NCBI GenBank assembly: GCA_050179755.1
Contig: JBFXEV010000001.1
Coordinates: 395,567 to 459,566 of the forward strand
DNA: 64,000 nucleotides
Reading direction: 5' to 3'
Origin: Candidatus Babeliales bacterium
GTDB taxonomy: Bacteria; Babelota; Babeliae; Babelales; JBFXEV01
Under the pieces are notes generated by a model that saw only the letters and a list, made by a program, of their open reading frames with translations, searched no databases and was not told where the DNA came from. Below are positions 27,680-36,466 of the stretch, piece by piece; position 1 is the first letter of the stretch, and each line of letters opens with the position of its first letter. The translations under genes were made by a program, and so were the position numbers.

Positions 27680-28882
27680 TTAAAAAGCCGAATCAATCCA
27701 CTGCTCAGGGTCAACGTGCACATTATTAATACGCATTTCCCAATGCAAATGATACCCGCTTGCATAACCAGTCATACCCAAAGTACCTACCGGGCTTCCA
27801 CGTTTAACTTTATCACCAACGTTCACGTTTGCAAAATTATCAAGATGATAGAGTAACGTAAAGATACCAAATCCATGGTCAATGATAATAGTGTTACCAC
27901 TATACGCAAAGCGATCTTTCATAACAATAATACCATCTTGCGGTGCCCACACCACGCTCTTTGGCAAGTTAATAACATCAACTGCCTTATGCATATACCG
28001 GCCACGTAATTGCGTGGTGCGAATGGTGCCATAATCAGTTGTTTTACGTTTTATTTCAATCGGCGCATAAAACACGCCATGCCATAATTTTTCTTGTGGT
28101 GATTCTTTAAAAAGTGCCGCAAAGCGATCATCAAGTTCTTGTTGGCTACGGCTCATTTCAAGCTCTTTATCCATTTTTTCTTGACTCACCGTAAGCGAGG
28201 ACGTTTTAAATGGAAACGCTACTATCTGCAACGGAATTTCTTCTTTGTGCGAGCCACCCACGCCATCTTCTACCACAAGCTCGAGCACGTATTCGCCAGG
28301 ATCTTGCTCACACGGCACCGGCACAAAGCATTCCCACACAAGTGAAGATTTGGTTACCGGAAAACACGGGTACGTTTGCCCAAATAAAGTTGCATGTGCT
28401 TTTACTTCAGATTTATTTAACTGAAATTGCACGTGAATAGTTTTGCCTTGAAAGATTCTCACGTCACCAGTAGGGCGCATTAATGAAAAATGAAGCGGTA
28501 AATTGTCTACAAAAAAAGTTCGTGTAAACGCCATTTTGTTTTGTGCATAGCTGCCATCTTGCGCTTCTACTTTTAACGTGTGCTTGCCTTGTGCCATAGC
28601 ATGCGTATCAAACGTCAATGGCAAACGTACGCTGCTTCTATTAATAATTTTATTATCAACAATAGGTTCATCATCAACGGTCACCGTAATTGCTCTAATG
28701 CGATATCTATCAGAGCCATTAAGCGTTGCTTTGAGCATATCTTTATGCGTGCTGCCTTCATCTAAGCCTTCAAGCGTAATAACGGGCGCTTCAGTATCAA
28801 AAGTATAGGTATATATCCACCAACCACTATATGCTATGGTTGCAAATAATAAAAAATAGATGGCTGCTTTTATGAGATTCAT
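27680..28882 (-). CDS. M23/LytM-family metallopeptidase, membrane anchored
   Basis: N-terminal TM helix. C-terminal 'GNTIIIDHGFGIFTLLYHL', 'GDKVKRGSPVGTLGMTG' and 'HLHWEMRINNVHVDP' (HxxxD and HxH motifs). Confidence 0.85.
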   Translation of the reverse strand: MNLIKAAIYFLLFATIAYSGWWIYTYTFDTEAPVITLEGLDEGSTHKDMLKATLNGSDRYRIRAITVTVDDEPIVDNKIINRSSVRLPLTFDTHAMAQGKHTLKVEAQDGSYAQNKMAFTRTFFVDNLPLHFSLMRPTGDVRIFQGKTIHVQFQLNKSEVKAHATLFGQTYPCFPVTKSSLVWECFVPVPCEQDPGEYVLELVVEDGVGGSHKEEIPLQIVAFPFKTSSLTVSQEKMDKELEMSRSQQELDDRFAALFKESPQEKLWHGVFYAPIEIKRKTTDYGTIRTTQLRGRYMHKAVDVINLPKSVVWAPQDGIIVMKDRFAYSGNTIIIDHGFGIFTLLYHLDNFANVNVGDKVKRGSPVGTLGMTGYASGYHLHWEMRINNVHVDPEQWIDSAF

Positions 28883-28964
28883 GATGCGTTACCTGTGTGT
28901 GCTAAGAAGTTGTTATTCCTTTAAGTAATAATCAATTATACTGATTTTTAAAGCAGTGGTAAAT

Positions 28965-29330
28965 TTAATTTCCTACTATTTCAAGCACGTCATTCTCCAA
29001 TGAAAATTTAATTTCATTCACTTGCAATAAACGCAACCTATCCCATTCCTTTAAGATCTGAATAAGATTTTCAGACGTAGTGGTAAAAGGCAACATATTT
29101 GGAATGATATCAGCAGTAAGAGCAACTGTAACCATAGAGCCTTGTTTTTGCATAGTAGTTATATTGCCATAAAACTCTTTTTCCTGGGCATTCTCTAAGA
29201 ACTCAAAATAGGTACTCCTATAAAGACCATCGCCTAAAAACATATAAAGCGTGAAGACTGATGAATCACTAGCACCATTAAATAGGTACATATGGTCTTT
29301 TACTTTTTTAAAAATTGCATGTTTTTTCAT
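28965..29330 (-). CDS. small cytoplasmic immunity-like protein
   Basis: 121 aa with no signal peptide. It is the terminal gene of the toxin/immunity locus and a distant paralog of 1154..1519. Confidence 0.4.
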   Translation of the reverse strand: MKKHAIFKKVKDHMYLFNGASDSSVFTLYMFLGDGLYRSTYFEFLENAQEKEFYGNITTMQKQGSMVTVALTADIIPNMLPFTTTSENLIQILKEWDRLRLLQVNEIKFSLENDVLEIVGN

Positions 29331-29351
29331 ACTTTTGTTCTATTCACGATT

Positions 29352-30026
29352 TTAATGATTAGTTTCTTGTGTTACTTGTGAAATTGACCCGTCAGCATGT
29401 ACCGTAAAAACATATTCATTCTTTACATCGGAAATATCAACTGATGCTACATTATTTTCATGCCATACTGTTAATGTACCCCCGATAAAATAAGGAATTT
29501 GACCAGCATCATAAGGGCCCATGTAATGCTCATCTACCATCTTCTGACCATCCTTCTCATGAATAAATGTTAATTTAATGCTGCAATCCATTTCATTATT
29601 CATGACAATTCTGCGGAAATTCATTAATAACTGATTTTTAAATTGTTCCTCCATAGCATCAGTCATTTCAAATTTTTCTTCTTTTGAACTAAAGTGATCA
29701 CTTATTCTTTGCTTCAAGCGGCCAAACAATGAATCTGCTGATTCTAGGGCGTCATTATCAGTTAATGAAATATCAAACATCGGGTAATTATAATGAATTT
29801 CTCCCGTAGACCGACTGGCAATATACCGCATATTGATATGTCCTTGCAACAAGCCTTGAAAAATAATATAATCTCCAGCGACTCCAATAAGTTCTTTATT
29901 TTTCCAGACTTCCTCCAATGTTTCTTCAATTTCTTCCATAGTCCAATTTTTGGGGAAATAAGTCCTATTGACCCATTTGCCATCTTTAAATACTTCGGCG
30001 GTAAAAAATTGCCCTGAATTTTTCAT
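29352..30026 (-). CDS. composite ORF: truncated EndoU-like toxin tail fused to an immunity-like domain
   Basis: The N-terminal approx. 85 aa ('GQFFTAEVFKDGKWVNRTYFPKNWTMEEIEETLEEVW ... STGEIHYNYP') resemble the C-terminal half of bacterial EndoU-type toxin domains (sTFFPxxW ... tGxIxTxYP). The C-terminal approx. 95 aa are homologous to 35061..35519. Confidence 0.45.
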   Translation of the reverse strand: MKNSGQFFTAEVFKDGKWVNRTYFPKNWTMEEIEETLEEVWKNKELIGVAGDYIIFQGLLQGHINMRYIASRSTGEIHYNYPMFDISLTDNDALESADSLFGRLKQRISDHFSSKEEKFEMTDAMEEQFKNQLLMNFRRIVMNNEMDCSIKLTFIHEKDGQKMVDEHYMGPYDAGQIPYFIGGTLTVWHENNVASVDISDVKNEYVFTVHADGSISQVTQETNH

Positions 30027-30084
30027 TGAGTTTCCCTCAAGTATCTTTCATTAATGAGGCTTTGCAATAGATGTCTTTTAATCT

Positions 30085-30390
30085 TTATTCATTCTCAAAA
30101 ATAACGATTCCTAGATCTCTAAATCTATCTTTAACTAATTGTGGCGCTTCATTAGCAAAGAAATATCCATATATTTTTCCTTCCTTTTGAGCAAGAGTAC
30201 TAATGTTTTCAGCACGGAAAAATAACTCTTCCATGTCTTGTGCTGAAAGTTCGTCCCAGGACCAAGCTCTACAGTCTATCCATTTTGTTTCGGTAACAAT
30301 ATCAATTTTATATTCTAAATTCCTTTTAACCAATTCAGTACCTTTCTTATTTAGAGATTCGTTATAACCTTTTAATATCTTATCTTTCAA
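30085..30390 (-). CDS. orphan PD-(D/E)xK-like toxin C-terminal module (no N-terminal core)
   Basis: The 101-aa product aligns to the last approx. 100 aa of 39299..41380 ('YKIDIVTETKWIDCRAWSWD' vs 'CEIDIVTETKWIECKDWFWD', 'KEGKIYGYFFAN' vs 'KDGKIYEICFSN'). The ExK position reads DxR. Confidence 0.6.
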   Translation of the reverse strand: MKDKILKGYNESLNKKGTELVKRNLEYKIDIVTETKWIDCRAWSWDELSAQDMEELFFRAENISTLAQKEGKIYGYFFANEAPQLVKDRFRDLGIVIFENE

Positions 30391-30549
30391 CTTTTTCTAA
30401 CGGCGTCCATTCATTAATACTCACAAGTAAATTCTTTTTTCAACGCAAACATTGGAAATCATTGATTCAATTTTCGTTTTATCATATATATACACCAAAT
30501 AATATGTTTTAATGATAACTATCTTTCTATTCTTCAAATTTAACAAAAA

Positions 30550-30963
30550 CTATCTATTTTCTAATTCTTCATTTGTTTCAATTACATATACATATACCCC
30601 TGCTAACATATCTAATAATAAATTTAAATATGCAAGATAATCGGTAGATGCTTCAACTTCATCAATATGCAACCGGCGCTTAAATGGTTCTTCAGGGTAT
30701 AACTTTACTGAATAATTCACAAATACTACTGCAGCACGCAAATCGCCCTTTTGAATGCCAAAAAAGTATCGTTGCTTCTTTGTTAATGAGTCTAGTATAT
30801 CTTGAGCAATTATTTCGCTATTTTCAGTGATTACTTGAGATGTATTTATAAAAATACCAGAACTTTCAGCATTCTTTAAAATCATCTTATAGATGTCTAA
30901 TGCACTATCCGCAGAGTATTCAACACTATACTGAGCATGGAAAAGCTTAATTTCTTTATTCAT
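30550..30963 (-). CDS. immunity-like protein B1 (pairs with 38516..38923)
   Basis: 137 aa and cytoplasmic. It shares 'KEIKLFH', 'AAVVFVNYSVKLYPEEPF..LHI(D/E)E' and 'DY(L/V)AYL(N/D)(L/I)LLD(M/L)L' with the second gene after toxin 3. Confidence 0.55.
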   Translation of the reverse strand: MNKEIKLFHAQYSVEYSADSALDIYKMILKNAESSGIFINTSQVITENSEIIAQDILDSLTKKQRYFFGIQKGDLRAAVVFVNYSVKLYPEEPFKRRLHIDEVEASTDYLAYLNLLLDMLAGVYVYVIETNEELENR

Positions 30964-30966
30964 ACA

Positions 30967-31338
30967 TTACTCAACATTCATTGCTATGTCATATATAGAA
31001 AATTCATGTATCAATTCAACAAAAATACGCATATAATGCACCATATCAATATCATAAAAATCACCAATCGAAAGACCTATCTCTTTTTTATCACAATCTC
31101 GCGGATGTGACGCAATAAAAAACAACTCTCCATTTAATCTACCGGTAATTGCATAAGTAAAATATACATTTTCTGTCATTAATGCATCCACAGCTTCATC
31201 CACATTAGCAAATTTATAGGTATCGTCTACAGAAGAATATTCTAACCCTAACCGCATTCCTTTCTCTAATATTTGTTTAATATTTGCTCGTGTATAATAC
31301 GCTCTTAATTCGATCGAATAAGAAAATGCCATCCCCAT
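30967..31338 (-). CDS. immunity-like protein A1 (pairs with 38926..39309)
   Basis: 123 aa, starting 2 nt after the toxin 1 stop. The block 'IASHPRD..K(E/K)(I/L)GLSIGDFYDID.V.YMRIFVE(L/M)I' is shared with the gene after toxin 3. Confidence 0.55.
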   Translation of the reverse strand: MGMAFSYSIELRAYYTRANIKQILEKGMRLGLEYSSVDDTYKFANVDEAVDALMTENVYFTYAITGRLNGELFFIASHPRDCDKKEIGLSIGDFYDIDMVHYMRIFVELIHEFSIYDIAMNVE

Positions 31339-31340
31339 AG

Positions 31341-33365
31341 TTATATTACCTTGAAAGATATGTGATTCTTGATTAATTTTTCTTTTACAATATGCGGAAC
31401 AGGATTACTATAATACACTTCATATAATTTTCCTTCCCTTTCAGCCAGCGAACGCATATAGCAAAGACGCGATATATGATCATCTATTTTGTCAATCTTG
31501 TCCCAATAATAATTCTTACATTCTATCCATTTTGATGCAGTTACCAAATCAATTTCTCCTTGCGGCACTTTTCTACCAAACTCTATAATCGATTCACCGC
31601 GTCTAACTAAAAAATTTGCAGATTTAATTTCATACCCCGCACCGCGCGCAGTGCTTATTGCTCCTCCCTCTTTATTGAAATTATTAATAAATTTTTGAAA
31701 AGGGCCCTCTTTAGACAAAAAACCTTTTGTATCTTTAAAATTTTTATAAGCAAAATCTAATTCCGCATACTCTAAGCCTATAGATTGCATAGCATTATGC
31801 ATCGGCACTGTATCTAATTCTTTCAACTTCGATATTGGCTCATCAGGTAACCAGTTTCTCGGCTTTTCTTTTTTTAAACGCTGAGCTCCATCACCACCAT
31901 TCTGTGACAGCAGCGTCAAGCCAGGTGACGCCTTAGAAGCAACATCAAAAACTTCACCAAGCGTACCGCCAGCAATTTCTATCGCGCTCGCACTTGCATT
32001 CATAATATCTGCAAGCGCTGCATCATAACAAATTGCAGCTTGCATGGTGCTTGGATCTAGTGGTAAATTTAAAAAATCACTATTCTCTAAAAATCTACTC
32101 AATCCTGATCCGGCATTTTTACTCAACATGCCCAATGCACCAAAGGTAACGCTCGTTAACGTAGATTCCACCGCATAAGCAGTGCCTACTTCTATGCCTT
32201 TTAGCATGGTATCATAATCAAAATCATGGCATATCTTTGTTAAAGCATTCTTAACATCAAGCATTGTTTGGCGGGCGGCAAATACGTCTCGCTTCACAAG
32301 GCCCCAATACGTTATCTTGCCCTGCTGCAGGTCAATCGCATCTTGCAATGATTGCTCCATGTAGCGCAGCGTGTAATGACCTGCCTTATTGCCAATAACA
32401 TGCACTGTTTTTGCAAGGCCGTATAATGTGTTGCAAGCAGTATCAATCGGATGCAGCACTTTATTTGCGTAATTTACACCTCCTTTTGCTGCTCCTCTGC
32501 CCACTGCGGCGCTAATATCACACGTAATCTCTTTTACTTGCAGCGTTAACTTGTATAATCCATGGCAAAAATCAGCAAATGAAAAAGCGTCGGCTACACG
32601 CCCTCTCTGATTATGCACGTGGCCTGCATGCGCAAAGCGCGTAAGTGTTGATGCAATTGGCTTATAATTATAATCTTGCTGATACCGCAGTTTGCCTGCA
32701 CCGTTGAGAATATCCACAATCTCTTGATGCAAGACGCGTTGAATTTGGTTGCCATAACATTTTGGATATGTTGTTGTTGCAATTCCTTCTTCCTGCATCA
32801 AACAAAAAGCTTCATGAGTAATCCGATAAGTTTCTTCTTGCCATATTTGATTACCCGTCAAATAATCATGCAGAGCCTCTGTGCGCTTTACTCTATACTG
32901 ACGGGGCGTTAACGCATGTATATCATCATATACTTCTATTTGTTGATATAACGCATAGTGCTCTTGCAGTGCTTGCTGTGTTTCACCAAAAATCTGTGCA
33001 ATCTGCTTTTTATAAACATGCTGTTCTTCAAGTTTTCTTTTTGCTTGATTTTGAGCTTCTAATTCATATGCATGTTGAGCGGCTGCCTGCTCTGCTTGTT
33101 TTAATTTCTCTTGTTTTTCATGCACAAATGATGGATGCTGATATTCTTCCTCTTCTTGCTTTCTTTTCTCTTTTTTATCTGAGCTCTTTTTAAATATACT
33201 AACAAAACATTTGCCTGCAGCGTATGCAAAAACACAAGTACCAACTATTACGCTAGCTGCTGCTTCAGCCGAATCTTTCACAAAACTAAATTCATTTTGT
33301 GCATAGAGTTGTTACATTTGGCCAAACAAAAATAACCAAAGTAAAGCAAGATGTTTTATTTTCAT
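31341..33365 (-). pseudogene. polymorphic-toxin-like protein 1 (PD-(D/E)xK-like C-terminal domain), signal peptide cut off by a nonsense codon
   Basis: From the ATG at 33365 the frame reads MKIKHLALLWLFLFGQM then TAA (33312-33314), where the paralogs have CAA. The remaining 646-codon frame (track 31341..33281, GTG start) is intact. C-terminal 'GEIDLVTASKWIECK'. Confidence 0.6.
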
Positions 33366-33545
33366 ATGTACTCCTAAGATGTATAAAAACTATGTGCAAG
33401 TATAATCCCAAAAGTAAACATGTAAAGAAAAAACATCTCGATATATTGATTAAATCAGCATATCAAGCAAGCTAAAAAGTTATATTTTATGCGTAAGAAT
33501 AAGATTTTTTAACACTTTTTTTATTTTTTTTGAAGAAGCAAAAAA
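33366..33545 (-). promoter_or_regulatory. conserved leader/promoter repeat of the toxin genes, copy 1
   Basis: About 140-180 nt are shared with 38323.. and 41381... Candidate -35 TTTACA (33421-33426) and -10 TATACT (33399-33404) with a 16-nt spacer, plus RBS TAAGGAG. Confidence 0.45.
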
Positions 33546-33638
33546 TTGCAACCTTTCTTGCCAATAAACAACATTTTTGCTACGATCCTTACAATTCTTT
33601 TACTTGTACAGTACCTATATAACACATAAACAAAAAAG

Positions 33639-34400
33639 ATGTTCATTATGCAAACACAAGACTTTTCCATCAAGCAAGTTAAAGACTTTTCCATCAAGGA
33701 GGCGTTGCTTTTTGGCTTTAGAAAAACAAATGAACATATATTATTGATTTTATCTATAGAACTTTTATTTTTTTGTATTTGGCTACTACAAGCTTTGGCC
33801 GGAGCAATTACACATGGCATTCCAGATAAAATAGCAGACCCAAACTTTTTACAAAAAAGTATTTTAATTGTGGGGTCTATAATACATAACATGATACCTC
33901 TCTCGATAAAGAGCCAGGTCTTATTTGCCTTAAGTCTTTTCATTTTGGCATCGCTTCTTGCTACTTTAGTATTATTACAAGGTGTTCGCCGAATTATGCT
34001 TGATATATACGACAAAAATGAAAGTTCTCTTTCTCAAATATATTCCCAAGTAGATATTTTTTCGGTTATTTTATTGGCAAAATTCCTGTACTTGATATCA
34101 GTGCTTGCTGGTAGCATTTGCATAATTCTTCCAGGTATTTACTTATCGGCAAAATATGGCTTCTATGCATATGTTTTACTTGATGATCAAACACTTGGTC
34201 CAGTCGATGCATTTAAAAAAAGTGGTCAAATAACAAAAGGATTCGTAAATCACCTATGCGTATATAATATTTTATGGATTATTTTGCTTATTCTTTCAAT
34301 TCTTACATGGATTGGCTGGATTATTATCGTTCCCGTATTAGTGCTGTCTGATACCTACATATATCGCCAAATAACTAGTCAGTCTACAGAAACAAACTAA
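33639..34400 (+). CDS. multi-pass membrane protein (unknown family)
   Basis: 253 aa with about 5-6 hydrophobic helices and an N-terminal duplicated 'DFSIK' motif. It sits on the opposite strand, inserted between toxin cassettes. Confidence 0.5.
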   Translation: MFIMQTQDFSIKQVKDFSIKEALLFGFRKTNEHILLILSIELLFFCIWLLQALAGAITHGIPDKIADPNFLQKSILIVGSIIHNMIPLSIKSQVLFALSLFILASLLATLVLLQGVRRIMLDIYDKNESSLSQIYSQVDIFSVILLAKFLYLISVLAGSICIILPGIYLSAKYGFYAYVLLDDQTLGPVDAFKKSGQITKGFVNHLCVYNILWIILLILSILTWIGWIIIVPVLVLSDTYIYRQITSQSTETN

Positions 34401-34408
34401 CGATCAAT

Positions 34409-34921
34409 ATGAGAGAATTTCGCATTACTACACAACAAAAAAATTCTCTCTACATTACGTCTTGCATTTTCCCAGAATCAGAAAAAGATATTGCAGAAGA
34501 GTTTTTTGATGATTACTCAGATACATTCTCTGCATGCAACTACCAGGTTGCTATATATGCAATCACCTTCAAGTCTATCTCCAATAGGCCATTTACAGAA
34601 CAAGATTTAATATACTTAAAATGGAATGGGCCAACAGTAAATATTATTGCTGAAGTAAGCTTAGAAACAATGAAGCAAGAAGTAAGAGAGTTTGTTTCTT
34701 TTACTGAAAATTGGGATCGTCTCGAGGATCATAACATTATCAATGAGCGAGTGATTAAGTTCTGGATGATAGTCAATAATTACGTTCAAATATCGAAATG
34801 TAAAATATACCAATACTGCGTACATCATGATCACCCAGACATGGGAATTTTCCAAACTACTAGTTTTGCCTTAGTAGATCAGTCACGCGGCCTTTTTTTA
34901 TTTATGGTATCTTTTGATTAA
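34409..34921 (+). CDS. hypothetical cytoplasmic protein
   Basis: 170-aa ORF starting 9 nt after the membrane protein gene. No recognisable motif. Confidence 0.4.
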   Translation: MREFRITTQQKNSLYITSCIFPESEKDIAEEFFDDYSDTFSACNYQVAIYAITFKSISNRPFTEQDLIYLKWNGPTVNIIAEVSLETMKQEVREFVSFTENWDRLEDHNIINERVIKFWMIVNNYVQISKCKIYQYCVHHDHPDMGIFQTTSFALVDQSRGLFLFMVSFD

Positions 34922-34942
34922 CAATATTATTAACATTGTTTA

Positions 34943-35047
34943 TTAACTTAATCTATAGGCACTTAAAACCTCCAGCGCCGCTGCACTATCAGGTTTTTCT
35001 TTAATGATTTGCAGCGCAATTTCAATGGCCTCATCTTGTTTTAATGC
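34943..35047 (-). pseudogene. remnant of a third TPR-like immunity gene (3' end only)
   Basis: Minus-strand translation ..LKQDEAIEIALQIIKEKPDSAAALEVLSAYRLS* parallels the C-termini of 36014..36466 (KEEAIKIAQEVLQEDPECGVSLNVLERY) and 35556..36005 (RHAALLAQEILEIDPSNYDAIEILKQ). A stop lies immediately upstream. Confidence 0.35.
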
Positions 35048-35060
35048 TTACCCTAGAATC

Positions 35061-35519
35061 CTAAGTATTATTTTCTGCCTTTAATTCACGAGTTGTTTGA
35101 CTTACTTGAGATACAGACCCATCAGAATGAACTGTAAATATATACTCTTTGGTAATATCAGAGATATCCACCGATGCAGTGTTTTTATCATGAGTTACAT
35201 ATAAAACACCGGGCACAAAATAAGGAACTTGACCAGAATCATTTGCTCCAATATAATGCTGCACACTAAAATCTTCATTGCCATCTTGCTTTAGCAAAAA
35301 AGTAAGTTCTATGTTTTGATTCATTTCATTACGTAGAACAATTCGTCTAAATTCTTCAGTGAATTGTTTCATAAGTTTTTCACGATGCTCTGGGGTAAAA
35401 TACTCATGCGTATTATTTAACATCAGCGCATTTCTATTGCTCACATATTCTTCATAGAATTTTGATAAAATAAAAGCTATTGCAACAACAAGTAATATGC
35501 TAATAAAATTAATATTCAT
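35061..35519 (-). CDS. membrane-anchored immunity-like protein (domain shared with 29352..30026)
   Basis: N-terminal TM helix 'INFISILLVVAIAFIL'. The C-terminal 'FRRIVLRNEMNQNIELTF..GQVPYFVPGVLYVTHDKNTASVDISDITKEYIFTVHSDGSVSQV' is homologous to the C-terminus of 29352..30026. Confidence 0.5.
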   Translation of the reverse strand: MNINFISILLVVAIAFILSKFYEEYVSNRNALMLNNTHEYFTPEHREKLMKQFTEEFRRIVLRNEMNQNIELTFLLKQDGNEDFSVQHYIGANDSGQVPYFVPGVLYVTHDKNTASVDISDITKEYIFTVHSDGSVSQVSQTTRELKAENNT

Positions 35520-35555
35520 ATATTTTCACTTTAAAAAATTTATCTGACTTTTTTG

Positions 35556-36005
35556 TTAATTATTTTGTTTTAATATTTCTATTGCATCATAATTACTAGG
35601 ATCTATTTCAAGGATTTCTTGAGCTAGCAAAGCAGCATGTCTTTTATCTAACAGGTTTCCCGGTAATGAATAAAAATTAATTATTTGCATCTTATAATCA
35701 ATATTATCTGTCTCTAGCTCTAACGCTCGTTTCGCATGCCAAAATCCCGCTGCATATGCACCTTCCATCTCATTAAGTATCTTAATAAGAATACGCGACG
35801 CTAAATAATGATATCCTGCAGTTTCCTTTTGAATCAATACCGCAATAACATATCCATAACTAAGAATCGATGGCTTTTCATAATTAATCGCAATCATTAC
35901 TTGCCATAATTCATCTAAATTCAAATGCTTTGCAAGTACATGCGCCTGCGCAAACTCACCATAATAAAGTAATTTATAAAATTTTTGTACATCAATCGTT
36001 TGCAT
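35556..36005 (-). CDS. TPR-like helical-repeat immunity-like protein, copy 2
   Basis: The ATG at 36005 lies 8 nt after the upstream stop and has an AAGG RBS; the track extends it to 36062. Paralog of 36014..36466 ('GAYAAGFWHAKRALELETDNIDYK' vs 'GAYSVGLFHARRASELEPKNIEYK'). Confidence 0.55.
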   Translation of the reverse strand: MQTIDVQKFYKLLYYGEFAQAHVLAKHLNLDELWQVMIAINYEKPSILSYGYVIAVLIQKETAGYHYLASRILIKILNEMEGAYAAGFWHAKRALELETDNIDYKMQIINFYSLPGNLLDKRHAALLAQEILEIDPSNYDAIEILKQNN

Positions 36006-36013
36006 ATGTGACC

Positions 36014-36466
36014 TTATCGTTGTATGCCATAACGCTCCAACACGTTTAAAGAAACACCGCATTCAGGATCTTCTTGCAATACTTCTTGAGCAATTTTTAT
36101 TGCCTCTTCTTTATCAACAAGCTGCTCAGGTATATCATGAAATAAAATCATGAACCGTTTATATTCTATGTTCTTTGGCTCTAATTCACTAGCTCGCCTA
36201 GCATGAAAAAGACCAACGCTGTAAGCTCCATTATAAGCACATAAAGGCATTGCCATAAGATAAGACGCCCATCCGTGTTCTGCAGCACCTTCATGCTTTA
36301 TTAATATGCTAGCCGCTAAGGTATACAAAGTAATATTATGTGTTTTATACGACCATTCTTCTATTCCTTTCGGTAAAACTTCTATATTTGTTATCAAATC
36401 TTTAACTTCATCAATTTTACCTATCATCAACAAATCAATTATTTTTAAATTCATGGTCGCACCCAA
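36014..36466 (-). CDS. TPR-like helical-repeat immunity-like protein, copy 1
   Basis: 150 aa. Its start overlaps the toxin 2 stop by 16 nt. The pattern is helical-repeat. Confidence 0.55.
   Translation of the reverse strand: MGATMNLKIIDLLMIGKIDEVKDLITNIEVLPKGIEEWSYKTHNITLYTLAASILIKHEGAAEHGWASYLMAMPLCAYNGAYSVGLFHARRASELEPKNIEYKRFMILFHDIPEQLVDKEEAIKIAQEVLQEDPECGVSLNVLERYGIQR

Noticed and set aside
33521-34015. 164-aa minus-strand ORF overlapping the start of the plus-strand membrane protein gene.
   Set aside because: It overlaps the toxin leader repeat and a better plus-strand gene. Its composition is low-complexity and K/I/F-rich, typical of AT-rich antisense frames.
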